A stretch of 64,000 nt of DNA from Myxococcota bacterium (GTDB lineage: Bacteria; Myxococcota_A; UBA796; CAJQPC01), in the NCBI GenBank assembly GCA_036229005.1, contig JAZAMN010000031.1, positions 229,647 to 293,646 of the forward strand, in the 5' to 3' direction. The number at the start of each line of letters is the position of its first letter. Positions within the stretch are counted from its first letter, which is position 1. Below are positions 28,601 to 36,626 of this stretch, piece by piece. The notes under the pieces are model-generated. The model was not told the DNA's origin and did no database searches. It saw only the letters and a list, made by a program, of their open reading frames with translations. Position numbers and translations under genes: made by a program.

Positions 28601-29672
28601 CCAGAGCACCGGCTGGCGCGTCCAGGGCCTCTTTGACGGCGAGCCCCAGACCACCCCCTACTACGTGCTCTCCGCGGGCGGGGGCCTCCAGGTCGCCGGC
28701 TACCCGGGCGGCTGGCCCGTCATCGCCCAGCAGATCCAGATCTTCCACGAGCAGGACAACCTCCCCGCGGCCCGCGCCTGGCTGGACTGGATGCTGGAGG
28801 ACCTGGGCGGCCCCGCGAGCGGCGACACCCCCATGGAGGGCTCCGCCTACCGGCACTACTGGCGCACTGAGCGCCCCGACAGCGACATCCCCATCGCCGC
28901 GGCCCTGATCCTGGCCGGAGACGAGAAGACCCGCGACCAGGGCCTCCCGGTGCTCATCGCCGCCGTCCAGGAGGTCGAGGACGAGGGGGACCGCCTGCAG
29001 ATCAGCCGCATCCTGGCCTACGCCGCCTCAGCGGACGAGCAGTGGGAGCAGGCTCTGAGCGCAAGCGAGGTGCTCGTGGCCCACTCCCCCAAGAACGCCC
29101 GGGCCAACCAGCTCAAGGCGCGCGCGCTGGCCGGGCTGGGCCGTCACGACGAAGCCATCGCCATGGCGGACGCGCTCTCCACCGAGACCGGCGGCGAGGA
29201 CTGGGCCGTCGACCTGCGCGCCTCCACGCGGATCCAGGCCGGCGATTTCGAGCAGGCCATCGCCATCCGCCAGGAGGCCAACCAGGGCAAGAAGGCCACC
29301 CGCAGCGGCCTGAACAACCTGGCCTGGTCCATGGCCGTCGAGGGCTCCGATCTCGACGAGGCCCTGGATCTCGCAATCCGCGCCAACACCTGGGACGACG
29401 ACAAGTACCTCTCCGAGCTGCACACCCTCGCCGTCATCTACGGCCTGATGGGCGACACCGCCCTGGAGCACGCCACCCTGGAGCTGGCTCTGCAGCGCGT
29501 CTCGAACGCCGAACAGCTCGGCGAGCACTGGAACCTCGTGTTCGGGGACCTCGCCCTGGCCCTCGGGGACACCGAGCGCGCCCGCCAGCTCTACAGCGAC
29601 GTGGAGGAGAACCTGGACCCCACCAGCACCTGGCAGCTCACCCAGCGGGCCCTCAAGGCGCTCGACGACTGA
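25614..29672 (+). CDS. Secreted DUF3857 + transglutaminase-like + TPR protein
   Basis: Signal peptide; LPGVDRGAVVE; intact triad GDCKDKA / FNHAI / VDPT; TPR-like C-terminal repeats. Confidence 0.85.
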   Translation: MKLLILMSVSASAKDWTTLPPGTASPRVLLREAQKAHPPQEGEDEDEAMEGRDYVHILYEGSYVEFDDQGRQTLTFHRVYELASQDAVASWGRTEAGWSPWFQDRPQINARVIAPNGKVFTLDPETLTEAGAQTGDLLLYTEDKLIEGPLPGVDRGAVVEEWITWTEHRPFMESGVMGRTYLSSQLPIDKVRLTLSAPEDQAFNWKPELLEGVEVIERRDGTLEFVFEDVEPYEDYEPGQPLDQPLAPAIAWSIGGDWGDYAAEYLSMSSGRIDPTGLEKAVRKAQDGEPDTLGLINNLLDWMREEVRYTGLEFGESSIVPYTPQQTLERGYGDCKDKATLLISALQLAGVEAHFALLYAGGARDVDPELPGSNQFNHAIVYVPELDLFVDPTSAWTGAGFIPESDQGRWALVAAPGVTELKQIPRATPASAHWEETTVWEMGLNTATVRETVTASGYLATGPRRYYSERSEDETRKELKEARDSWQVDEDAGGWELPGLADAEAPFQYVAEWPKAGAVTPDPDEFSVPLGGDSVLEFLPQYALFDVTRMRREARERDEGVELPKRRTAMQIPPSQATTVERVRVPAGFVMPELPDDLELEAGPVRLSATYTETDGWFTATFHLDTGDGNLSPDEVIALWEAVEVYSRAVPASMEFLGLIPQGLEDGELSERGQELQALIAENPESAGFQLMLAQAWMRMGQQPAALEAATRATELEPENLEAWRTLARMTQANSLGLGGVPYDRDAVLAAVEMGLTLDPEDTHLLNWKARLLCTGSDGVPWGEGSDLDQALATYDALEEVLDQPGRLDYKRHEIYWRQGDFQAWLDESEPPYTSARDIAALAATKGSRAAMQEVKRLGMEPDRQKDFVRRVAWELTLHREHELVRDVWEEGQGKAGKKDPLARRKASDPFKNMQSWEQHVKNAQGEPQGAVMAYMAHATIHPELPFPAELVSPALADYAELDDPHYKLMEQLEWAPIAAYTDFTLSGLEFETTGDQSTGWRVQGLFDGEPQTTPYYVLSAGGGLQVAGYPGGWPVIAQQIQIFHEQDNLPAARAWLDWMLEDLGGPASGDTPMEGSAYRHYWRTERPDSDIPIAAALILAGDEKTRDQGLPVLIAAVQEVEDEGDRLQISRILAYAASADEQWEQALSASEVLVAHSPKNARANQLKARALAGLGRHDEAIAMADALSTETGGEDWAVDLRASTRIQAGDFEQAIAIRQEANQGKKATRSGLNNLAWSMAVEGSDLDEALDLAIRANTWDDDKYLSELHTLAVIYGLMGDTALEHATLELALQRVSNAEQLGEHWNLVFGDLALALGDTERARQLYSDVEENLDPTSTWQLTQRALKALDD

Positions 29673-29720
29673 TCGACACCCCCATCCCCAGCGAGGTCAC
29701 CCTTGGCCTCGCTGGGCGCC

Positions 29721-30953
29721 TCAGCCGAAGCGGATCTTGCGGGCTCCGGCCGCCTTGGCCCAGTGCGCGATGAAGTGGCCCCACATCACGGTCGAGCCGG
29801 TCTTTGGGGTGAGCTGTACGTAGAGCTTGTTGCGCCCGCGCACCTGCAGCACGCCGGCCAGCTCGTAGCTGACGGCCACCAGGCTCTTGAGCGGGGTGGA
29901 CCACAGGACCTCCCCCTGCTCATCCCGCACTTCAAGGGTCTCGCGGGTGAGCGTGAGCAGCCCGTCGGCCAGGTGCTCGGGGTCCTTGGTGTGCGTGACC
30001 TTGCCCACCCAGCCGGGCTCCTGCAGCGCGATGCCTTCGGCGTCCAGGCGCGCCTGGTCCGCGATGGGCGGCTCCCCGAGGGCGGCCACCAGCCGGTCCC
30101 GGTGGGTGATGATGTCCTCGACCGCCTGCCCCTCGACCGGGGTCCCCGGCAGCGGGTGCATCTGGTTGAAGGGGTCCAGCCGCCAGGCCGCGCCGCAGCC
30201 TCCGCAGAGCACCGCGTTGTCATCCTTGGGGTGGATGTCCAGGCTGCGCAGCGCGTGGCAGTGCGGGCACCCCCACATGTAGGTCGGGAAGCCGTGGGCC
30301 ATCCGGAAGCCCCAGGACCACCCCTCCACCTTGGGGTTCGGGTCGATGCGGATCTTCTCGGAGACGATGTCGTCCAGCTCGGACTGGGCCTTGTCCTCGT
30401 AGTCGTAGGGGCCGTCGTACTCCACGCGCACGGGCACCAGACGCGGGTAGCGCGCCCAGCGGGGGTGGTGGTAGTGCCCGGTCTGGATGCGGCAGTAGAC
30501 GACCTTGGCGTCCATGCGCTTGATGAGCCGGCCGATGCCCGGGATCACCGGCCGCGTGCGCCCGTCCCAGGTGCGCGTGCCCTCCGGGAAGATCAGCACC
30601 ACGTGCCCCATGTCCCAGATGCGCTGCATGTGGGCCATCGCGTCCTTGTCCTTGACGAACTTGGACTTGGGGAAGGCCCCCAGGGCCCCGATCAGCATCG
30701 AGAGCGCCTTGTAGCGGAAGAGCTGGGCCGAGGCCATGAACCCGAGCCGCCGCCACGCGAAGTAGCCGGCCCACACCGGGTCGAAGGTGGAGGTGTGGTT
30801 GGGCAGCAGGAGCATAGGCCCCGTGCTGGTCGCCAGCGCTTCTTGGTTGTGGGCCTCGACGCGCCAGATCAACCGGCAGAGCAGGCCTGCCAGAGGATGC
30901 ATGGTCCGGTAGACCAGCGCGGAGAACCAAGGCTTGGGGGGGGTGTACGCCAT
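29721..30953 (-). CDS. PlsC-like lysophospholipid acyltransferase with a CxxC..CxxC C-terminal extension
   Basis: NHTSTFD (HxxxxD), FPEGTRT and CPHC...CGGC. Confidence 0.88.
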   Translation of the reverse strand: MAYTPPKPWFSALVYRTMHPLAGLLCRLIWRVEAHNQEALATSTGPMLLLPNHTSTFDPVWAGYFAWRRLGFMASAQLFRYKALSMLIGALGAFPKSKFVKDKDAMAHMQRIWDMGHVVLIFPEGTRTWDGRTRPVIPGIGRLIKRMDAKVVYCRIQTGHYHHPRWARYPRLVPVRVEYDGPYDYEDKAQSELDDIVSEKIRIDPNPKVEGWSWGFRMAHGFPTYMWGCPHCHALRSLDIHPKDDNAVLCGGCGAAWRLDPFNQMHPLPGTPVEGQAVEDIITHRDRLVAALGEPPIADQARLDAEGIALQEPGWVGKVTHTKDPEHLADGLLTLTRETLEVRDEQGEVLWSTPLKSLVAVSYELAGVLQVRGRNKLYVQLTPKTGSTVMWGHFIAHWAKAAGARKIRFG

Positions 30954-30964
30954 CGCGGGGCCCC

Positions 30965-31255
30965 TTATCCCGAAACCACACCCTTGGGGCCGTCGACCAT
31001 GTCCACGATGGCCATCACGACCGCGTGGTAGGGGTCCTGCATGGTCCCCAGCAGCTCGCGGGCCGTGTTGCCCTCGCGGGAGCAGAGCACCAGATCCCCC
31101 TCGCCGGCCTGGACCGCATCACAAGCCAGAAAGACCTTGCCCATTGGTGTACGTCCATCGGAGTCCACCGGCTGACACACCAGCACCGTCTGCCCGTCAA
31201 AGGCGGGGTGCTGGACCGAGGACACCTCGTTCCCCAGGACACGGGCCAGGATCAC
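30965..31255 (-). CDS. BMC vertex protein (BMC-P, EutN/CcmL family)
   Basis: VILARVLGNEVSS, DAVQAGEGDLV and AIVD; GTG start overlaps the previous stop. Confidence 0.92.
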   Translation of the reverse strand: MILARVLGNEVSSVQHPAFDGQTVLVCQPVDSDGRTPMGKVFLACDAVQAGEGDLVLCSREGNTARELLGTMQDPYHAVVMAIVDMVDGPKGVVSG

Positions 31256-31527
31256 TTGAGGCTCCGGGCGTTCACGTCGGTGACGATCCCCACGATGGTG
31301 GCGTCCACCGGGGTGAAGGAGTCGGGCAGGGCCAAGGTGCCCTCGCGCCCGTTGATCCACCGCACCAGCTCCCCCTCTCCAGCCTGGACCGCGTCCGCGG
31401 CGACCACCACGTCCCCCTGGGGGGCGCCCTCGTGGTCCTGGGGCTGGATGAGCAGCAGGCGAACGCCCTCCAGGGCCTCGTGCTTGCGGGTGGCGACCAC
31501 CGTTCCGACGACGCGGGCGAGCTCCAT
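31252..31527 (-). CDS. BMC vertex protein (BMC-P, EutN/CcmL family)
   Basis: MELARVVGTVVATRK, DAVQAGEGE and VDATIVGIV. Confidence 0.95.
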   Translation of the reverse strand: MELARVVGTVVATRKHEALEGVRLLLIQPQDHEGAPQGDVVVAADAVQAGEGELVRWINGREGTLALPDSFTPVDATIVGIVTDVNARSLK

Positions 31528-31530
31528 GGC

Positions 31531-32109
31531 TCAGGCCTCCATCTGCAGCGCGAAGGGGGCGGGCCGCAGCACCTGCGCGACAAAGTCGGGGTGCGGCCGC
31601 GGGACCACCTGGGTCTCGTGGATCAGGCCGCGCTCGACGGCCGCCTGGGCGGTCTCCATCGCGGACTCCACGTCGTGCTGCTCGCCGACCACCACAAAGT
31701 AGCCGCGGCCGCCCAGGCCCGGCGTGATGCGCAGGCCGCAGAGCTCGACGTAGGCCTCCTTGAGCACCCGGTCACAGGCCAGCAGCGCGGCGGCCACGCT
31801 GCGGGTCTCGACGATGCCCAGGGTGTCCGGGTCGGCGTCCAGGGACTGGGTCCCGGCCAGGCCCGGCAGCAGCTTGGGGTGCACCATGGGCAGCTCCAGG
31901 CTGTCCACGAGCAGGTCCCCAGCGACCTCCAGACCGGCGGTCATCGCCTCGTTGACCTCGGCGACACCACCCGCGACGAGGATGAGGAAGTGCCCCGGTT
32001 CCACGAGGTTGGCCTCGAGCACCGTGACAGGAGATCGCTTCACCAGAGCATCCAGTGCTCGGTATCCACGCGCGAGGGAGCGGAGCTCCAGCAGGCCGAT
32101 AGCGTCCAT
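31531..32109 (-). CDS. BMC tandem-domain shell protein (BMC-T, single-layer/PduT-like)
   Basis: Two BMC domains (AIGLLELRSLARG; LGIVETRS) and C-terminal VPRPH. Confidence 0.9.
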   Translation of the reverse strand: MDAIGLLELRSLARGYRALDALVKRSPVTVLEANLVEPGHFLILVAGGVAEVNEAMTAGLEVAGDLLVDSLELPMVHPKLLPGLAGTQSLDADPDTLGIVETRSVAAALLACDRVLKEAYVELCGLRITPGLGGRGYFVVVGEQHDVESAMETAQAAVERGLIHETQVVPRPHPDFVAQVLRPAPFALQMEA

Positions 32110-33509
32110 CAGGTGATTCGGAAGTAGCCGGCCAGGGTGCAACGACGCACCCGGGTGAAGTCCCGCGCGGTGGTCAGGCCCTCACCCGTGGGGCTGGCGA
32201 TGGTGAAGGAGGTGAAGCCCTCGCCGCCGAAGCCGAGGCCGGCGTAGTTCGGCGCGTTCTTGATGAAGATGCTGCAGTCCACGGCCCGGGCCATGCGGTG
32301 CAGGGCGTCCAGGTTCTTGGAGTACATGGACGCGGTGTGGCGGAAGCCGTGCTCGGCCTCGATGGCCTGGTCGATGCCCGCGTGCACGTCCGGCACCCGC
32401 ACCACGCCGATGACCGGCATGAGCAGCTCGTGCTGGACGAAGGGGTGCTCGAAGGGGACCTCGCAGATCACCAGGCGGGGGTCGCCCTGGAAGGGCACGT
32501 CGATGGCCCGCAGGTACTCCGAGGCGTTCTTGCCCACCCACTTGCGGTTCACGTGGGCGCCGCCGTCGGTCAGGATGAGCTTCTCGAGGCGGCGGATCTG
32601 GTGGTTGCGGATCTGGACCGCACCGCTGTTCCGCATGACGTCCAGGAGCTGGTCCGCCACCTTGTCGACGACGAAGACCTCCTTCTCGTCCGTGCAGATC
32701 ACGTTGTTGTCGAAGCTCGCGCCCCGGACGATGCCGCGACCGGCCTGCCCGATGTCCGCGGTCTCATCGACCACCACCGGGGGGTTGCCCGGGCCGGCGC
32801 AGATGGCCTTCTTGCCCGAGTTCATGGCCGCCTTGACCACCCCGCCGCCGCCCGTGACCACCAGCAGCCGCACGCCGGGGTGGTGCATGAGCTGGCCGGC
32901 GCTCTCGATGGTGGGGCGCTCGACGCAGCAGAGCAGGTTCTCGGGGCCGCCCACCTCCATGATGGCGCGGTTGATGAGATCGATGCAGTAGGCGCTGATC
33001 TCCCGGGCCGAGGGGTGGGTGTTGAACACCGCCGCGTTGCCCCCGGCGAGCATCCCGATGCCGTTGCACAGGATGGTCTCGGTGGGGTTCGTGCAGGGCG
33101 TGATGGAGCCGATGATCCCGTAGGGGGCCCGCTCCATGAGGGTGAGACCGCCGTCGCCGGTCCAGGCCGTGGGCTCCAGGATCTCCACACCGGGGGTGCG
33201 GTGGATGACCAGCAGGTTCTTCTTGACCTTGTCTTCCACCCGGCCCAGGCCCGTCTCCTGCACCGCGAGGGTGGCCAGGTTGTGGACCTGCTCGGCCGCG
33301 CGCCGGCGGATGTTGGCGATCATCTCCCGGCGCTTGTCCAGGGGCAGCTCGACCAGGATCTGCTGGGCGATCTTGGCCGCCGACACCGCCTCGTCGACCG
33401 TCTTGAAGACGCCGCGGGGCCGGGCCGGGATGCTGGGCGGGGGCGCCTCCCCCTTGTTGATGCGGGTCAGGACCCGATCCACCAGCGCCTGGACCTCCTG
33501 GGACTTCAT
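32109..33509 (-). CDS. CoA-acylating aldehyde dehydrogenase (EutE/PduP family) with an N-terminal encapsulation peptide
   Basis: TPCTNP, VTGGGGVV, GPGNPP, SFDNNVICTDEK (catalytic Cys) and TIASPTGEG; N-terminal helix QEVQALVDRVLTRI. Confidence 0.95.
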   Translation of the reverse strand: MKSQEVQALVDRVLTRINKGEAPPPSIPARPRGVFKTVDEAVSAAKIAQQILVELPLDKRREMIANIRRRAAEQVHNLATLAVQETGLGRVEDKVKKNLLVIHRTPGVEILEPTAWTGDGGLTLMERAPYGIIGSITPCTNPTETILCNGIGMLAGGNAAVFNTHPSAREISAYCIDLINRAIMEVGGPENLLCCVERPTIESAGQLMHHPGVRLLVVTGGGGVVKAAMNSGKKAICAGPGNPPVVVDETADIGQAGRGIVRGASFDNNVICTDEKEVFVVDKVADQLLDVMRNSGAVQIRNHQIRRLEKLILTDGGAHVNRKWVGKNASEYLRAIDVPFQGDPRLVICEVPFEHPFVQHELLMPVIGVVRVPDVHAGIDQAIEAEHGFRHTASMYSKNLDALHRMARAVDCSIFIKNAPNYAGLGFGGEGFTSFTIASPTGEGLTTARDFTRVRRCTLAGYFRIT

Positions 33510-33820
33510 GCGCCCTCCTCAGCGGCCGGCGGGTACTTGTTGAACACAAGCTCGCCGTCCTGGGAGACCGTGTCGACGATGGCCATGACCACCGCGTCCA
33601 CAGGGCGCCCCTGGGTCTCGCTGGTCTGCCGCGCAGCGGAGCCCGAGCAGTACAGCACGACCTCCCCCACGCCGGCGCCGAGCACATCGGCGGCGACCAC
33701 GAAGGAGCCCTTGCCTGCCAGCTCGAGGCTCAGGTCCTCGACCATGTACAGACGCAGGCCCTCCAGCTTGGGGTCCTTGCGCGTGGCAACGACGGTGCCG
33801 ACGATACGCCCGAGCTTCAT
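33506..33820 (-). CDS. BMC vertex protein (BMC-P, EutN/CcmL family)
   Basis: GRIVGTVVATRK, DVLGAGVGEVV, GSAAR and PVDAVVMAIVD. Confidence 0.96.
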   Translation of the reverse strand: MKLGRIVGTVVATRKDPKLEGLRLYMVEDLSLELAGKGSFVVAADVLGAGVGEVVLYCSGSAARQTSETQGRPVDAVVMAIVDTVSQDGELVFNKYPPAAEEGA

Positions 33821-33831
33821 CTACCGGCTCC

Positions 33832-34125
33832 TCAGCTATCGGAGGAGTCGCCGCGCCCCAGAGGGAGCACGCCGTCGATGTTGGCGTGGGGACGGGGGAT
33901 GACGTGCACGGAGACCAGCTCCCCGATGCGCTGCGCCTGGCGGGCGCCGGCGTCGGTCGCGGCCTTCACAGCGGCAACATCACCGCGGACGATGGCGGTC
34001 ACGTAGCCGCCTCCGATCTTCTCGTAGCCGACCAGCTCCACGCGGGCGGCCTTCACCATCGCGTCGGCGGCCTCGACCATGCCGACAAAGCCGCGGGTCT
34101 CGATCATGCCCAGTGCATCAGCCAT
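33832..34125 (-). CDS. BMC hexamer shell protein (BMC-H)
   Basis: [28 protein letters not shown] and HVIPRPH. Confidence 0.98.
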   Translation of the reverse strand: MADALGMIETRGFVGMVEAADAMVKAARVELVGYEKIGGGYVTAIVRGDVAAVKAATDAGARQAQRIGELVSVHVIPRPHANIDGVLPLGRGDSSDS

Positions 34126-34176
34126 GGGGTGCTCCTGAAAAACTCACTTGGGGTTGAAGAAGGGGTGCGCAGCCGC

Positions 34177-34791
34177 TCAGGACTGCGAGAGGGACTGGAT
34201 GACCGCCTGGGCAGCCTCTGCTGCGGCGTCGATCTCCGCCTCGGAGCCGGCCATCCACAGGCGGCCGAAGGCGCCGAAGGGACGCAGGTTGACCAGGTTC
34301 ACGTTCGCGGCCTTCTCGGCCTCGTTCGCGGCGATGGTCGCGTAGACCGCGGGCTCGGTCTCCAGGATGAACAGGGACTGGCCCGGGATCAGCATCATGC
34401 CCTGGCGGTTCCGGTTGATGAGCTGGGCCTGGTAGGCCTCCACCGAGCGGATGACCTGGTTGGACACGACCTTGGGCTTGAGGGCGTCGGAGGCCTGCAG
34501 CCCCAGGTGGTCGAGCACGGCCTGTCCGGCGGCCTCGACCTCGCCCTTGTCGTCGTGGTGCACCTCCAGCAGACCGAATGCGCGCTCCACCACCTGCACG
34601 GCGGGGACGCTGCGGGTCGCCTTGAGGGCCACATCGGTCACCCGGTTGATGATCATGCCGGGCGCGGTCTCCACCCACAGGGAGGCCTGGCCGGCCAGGG
34701 GCAGGAAGCCACGACAGGTGGTGCCCGTGAAGGCGGCCAGCTGGGGTTGGAGGCTGTCGATGAAGACGAGGCCACGGAGGGTGACGGCCAT
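34177..34791 (-). CDS. BMC double-stacking permuted trimer (BMC-T dp, CsoS1D/CcmP-like)
   Basis: [30 protein letters not shown] and FGAFGRL. Confidence 0.93.
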   Translation of the reverse strand: MAVTLRGLVFIDSLQPQLAAFTGTTCRGFLPLAGQASLWVETAPGMIINRVTDVALKATRSVPAVQVVERAFGLLEVHHDDKGEVEAAGQAVLDHLGLQASDALKPKVVSNQVIRSVEAYQAQLINRNRQGMMLIPGQSLFILETEPAVYATIAANEAEKAANVNLVNLRPFGAFGRLWMAGSEAEIDAAAEAAQAVIQSLSQS

Positions 34792-34828
34792 GTGCAGCTC
34801 TTTCCTTGCCGATGCGTTGAGGAGCCAG

Positions 34829-34858
34829 TTGGTACAACGCGCCCAGAGTCCGAGTCAA
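34829..34858 (-). promoter_or_regulatory. Possible sigma70-type promoter of the BMC operon
   Basis: Minus-strand TTGACT-N18-TACCAA; the -10 element is weak. Confidence 0.3.
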
Positions 34859-34935
34859 GCGCCGGCCCCAGGGTTGACCGCCAGAGCCCCCGGTGGGACC
34901 CTCTGCGCACAGCCTGCGAGCCCAAGATGCCTCGG

Positions 34936-35649
34936 ATGATCCCCCACCTGACCGCCCTGTCCACCGCCCTGGTCGCGCTGGGCCTGCTGACCGCCTGCCC
35001 CCAGTCCGGGAACCAGCAAGCCGCGACGCCGGGCGCGCCCGGACAGCAACAAGAGGGGGGCGCGCCCATGGGGCCAGAGGGCAACACCTCCTCCCACCCC
35101 GACGACAGTCGCTGGAGCGAAGGGCTCACCGACGGCGTGAGCGTCCAGGGCACCATCGCCTACGCCGGCGAGCTCGACGGGGGCAGCCTGCGCATCGACA
35201 TCCTCACGAAGAAGGAGGGGGGACCGCCCCACCTGGTCTCGGCCGAAACGCTCGGGGAGCTGGGTGCGTTCTCCATCTCGGCCCCCCGTGGCTTCGGCGA
35301 GGTCCACCTGGTCGGCTTCATCGACCGCAGCGGCGACGGCCCCAGCAGCGACGACCCGGCCGCCACCGCCAAGGTGGAGATCGGCGACCAGGACGTCACC
35401 GGCGTCACCCTCACCCTCAGCGACGAGCCCGATCTGGGCGAGCTGGCCCCTGGCGCGCCTCCCGAGGGCGCCCCCGACGCGCCCCCGCAGCCCGAGGATC
35501 CCAACGCGGAGCGCAACGGCGCCGAGGGTCCCGCCCCCGAAGGTGCGCCCGCCCCCGATGGCGCCCCGCCCCCCGATGGCGCGCCCGAAGGCACCCCGGC
35601 TCCCGGAGCTGACGCCGCGCCCCCCGAGCCTGGAGCCGCCCCCGAATGA
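34936..35649 (+). CDS. Hypothetical lipoprotein with a Pro/Ala-rich tail
   Basis: LLTAC lipobox, small beta domain, GAP(P/E) repeats; ATGA overlap with the GT2 gene; start at 34927 or 34936. Confidence 0.7.
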   Translation: MIPHLTALSTALVALGLLTACPQSGNQQAATPGAPGQQQEGGAPMGPEGNTSSHPDDSRWSEGLTDGVSVQGTIAYAGELDGGSLRIDILTKKEGGPPHLVSAETLGELGAFSISAPRGFGEVHLVGFIDRSGDGPSSDDPAATAKVEIGDQDVTGVTLTLSDEPDLGELAPGAPPEGAPDAPPQPEDPNAERNGAEGPAPEGAPAPDGAPPPDGAPEGTPAPGADAAPPEPGAAPE

Positions 35650-36626
35650 GCCACGCGGTCTCCGTGGTGGTGCCCATCTTCAACGAAGAGGGCAACCTGG
35701 AGCCTCTGCACCAGGCCATCGTCACGTCCCTGGAGGGCGCGGGGGTGGCCTTCGAGTGCCTCTACGTGGACGACGGCTCCACCGACAAGAGCCCCCAGGA
35801 GCTGCGCGAGCTCTCCGAGCGCGACCCCCGCGTCCGCGTCATCCGCTTCGTCCGCAACTACGGCCAGACCGCGGCCCTGACCGCCGGCATCCGCCACGCC
35901 CAGAACCCCCTGCTGGTCACCCTGGACGCCGACCTCCAGAACGACCCGGCCGACATCCCCGCCATGATCGAGCGCCTGGACCAGGGCTACGACGTGGTCT
36001 GCGGCTGGCGCAAGGACCGCCAGGACGCCACCTTCACGCGCACCCTGCCCTCCAAGGCCGCCAACGCCCTGATCTCCCACCTGAGCAAGGTCCACCTGCA
36101 CGACTACGGCTGCACCCTGCGGGTCTACAAGCGCGAGTACATCCAGGGCATCCCCCTCTACGGCGAGATGCACCGCTTCATCCCCATCTACGTGACCTGG
36201 GCCGGCGCGCGCCTGGTCGAGATGCCCGTGCGCCACCACCCCCGGGTGCGCGGCGTCTCCAAGTACGGCCTGCGGCGCATCCCCAAGGTCCTGCTGGACC
36301 TCACGACCGTCAAGTTCCTCCGGGACTTCTACGTCACGCCCATCTACTTCTTCGGCTTCGCGGGCTTCGGCTTCTTCTTCCTGGGCCTGCTCACCTTCGC
36401 GGTGGCCGGGGTGTTCGCGGTGGGCAGCGGCTACGAGCTGGGGCTCATCCTGGCGGCCTCCGCTGTGCTCATGGTCATGCTCGGGACCGTCGAGATCACC
36501 CTGGGCATCATCGCCGAGGTGCTCATCCGCATGCACCACGACGTGCGCGACCAGCCCCCCTACCGCATCCACCACGTGCGCAACCTCCACACCGACGAAG
36601 AGGTCGTCGCCCCCTTGGACGCCTGA
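35646..36626 (+). CDS. Family 2 glycosyltransferase (ArnC/GtrB-like)
   Basis: VVPIFNEE, VDDGSTD, RNYGQ, DADLQ and two C-terminal TM helices. Confidence 0.93.
   Translation: MSHAVSVVVPIFNEEGNLEPLHQAIVTSLEGAGVAFECLYVDDGSTDKSPQELRELSERDPRVRVIRFVRNYGQTAALTAGIRHAQNPLLVTLDADLQNDPADIPAMIERLDQGYDVVCGWRKDRQDATFTRTLPSKAANALISHLSKVHLHDYGCTLRVYKREYIQGIPLYGEMHRFIPIYVTWAGARLVEMPVRHHPRVRGVSKYGLRRIPKVLLDLTTVKFLRDFYVTPIYFFGFAGFGFFFLGLLTFAVAGVFAVGSGYELGLILAASAVLMVMLGTVEITLGIIAEVLIRMHHDVRDQPPYRIHHVRNLHTDEEVVAPLDA

Noticed and set aside
30965..34791. Carboxysome, or ethanolamine/propanediol utilisation locus
   Set aside because: No RuBisCO, carbonic anhydrase, eutBC, pduCDE or glycyl-radical enzyme in the window.
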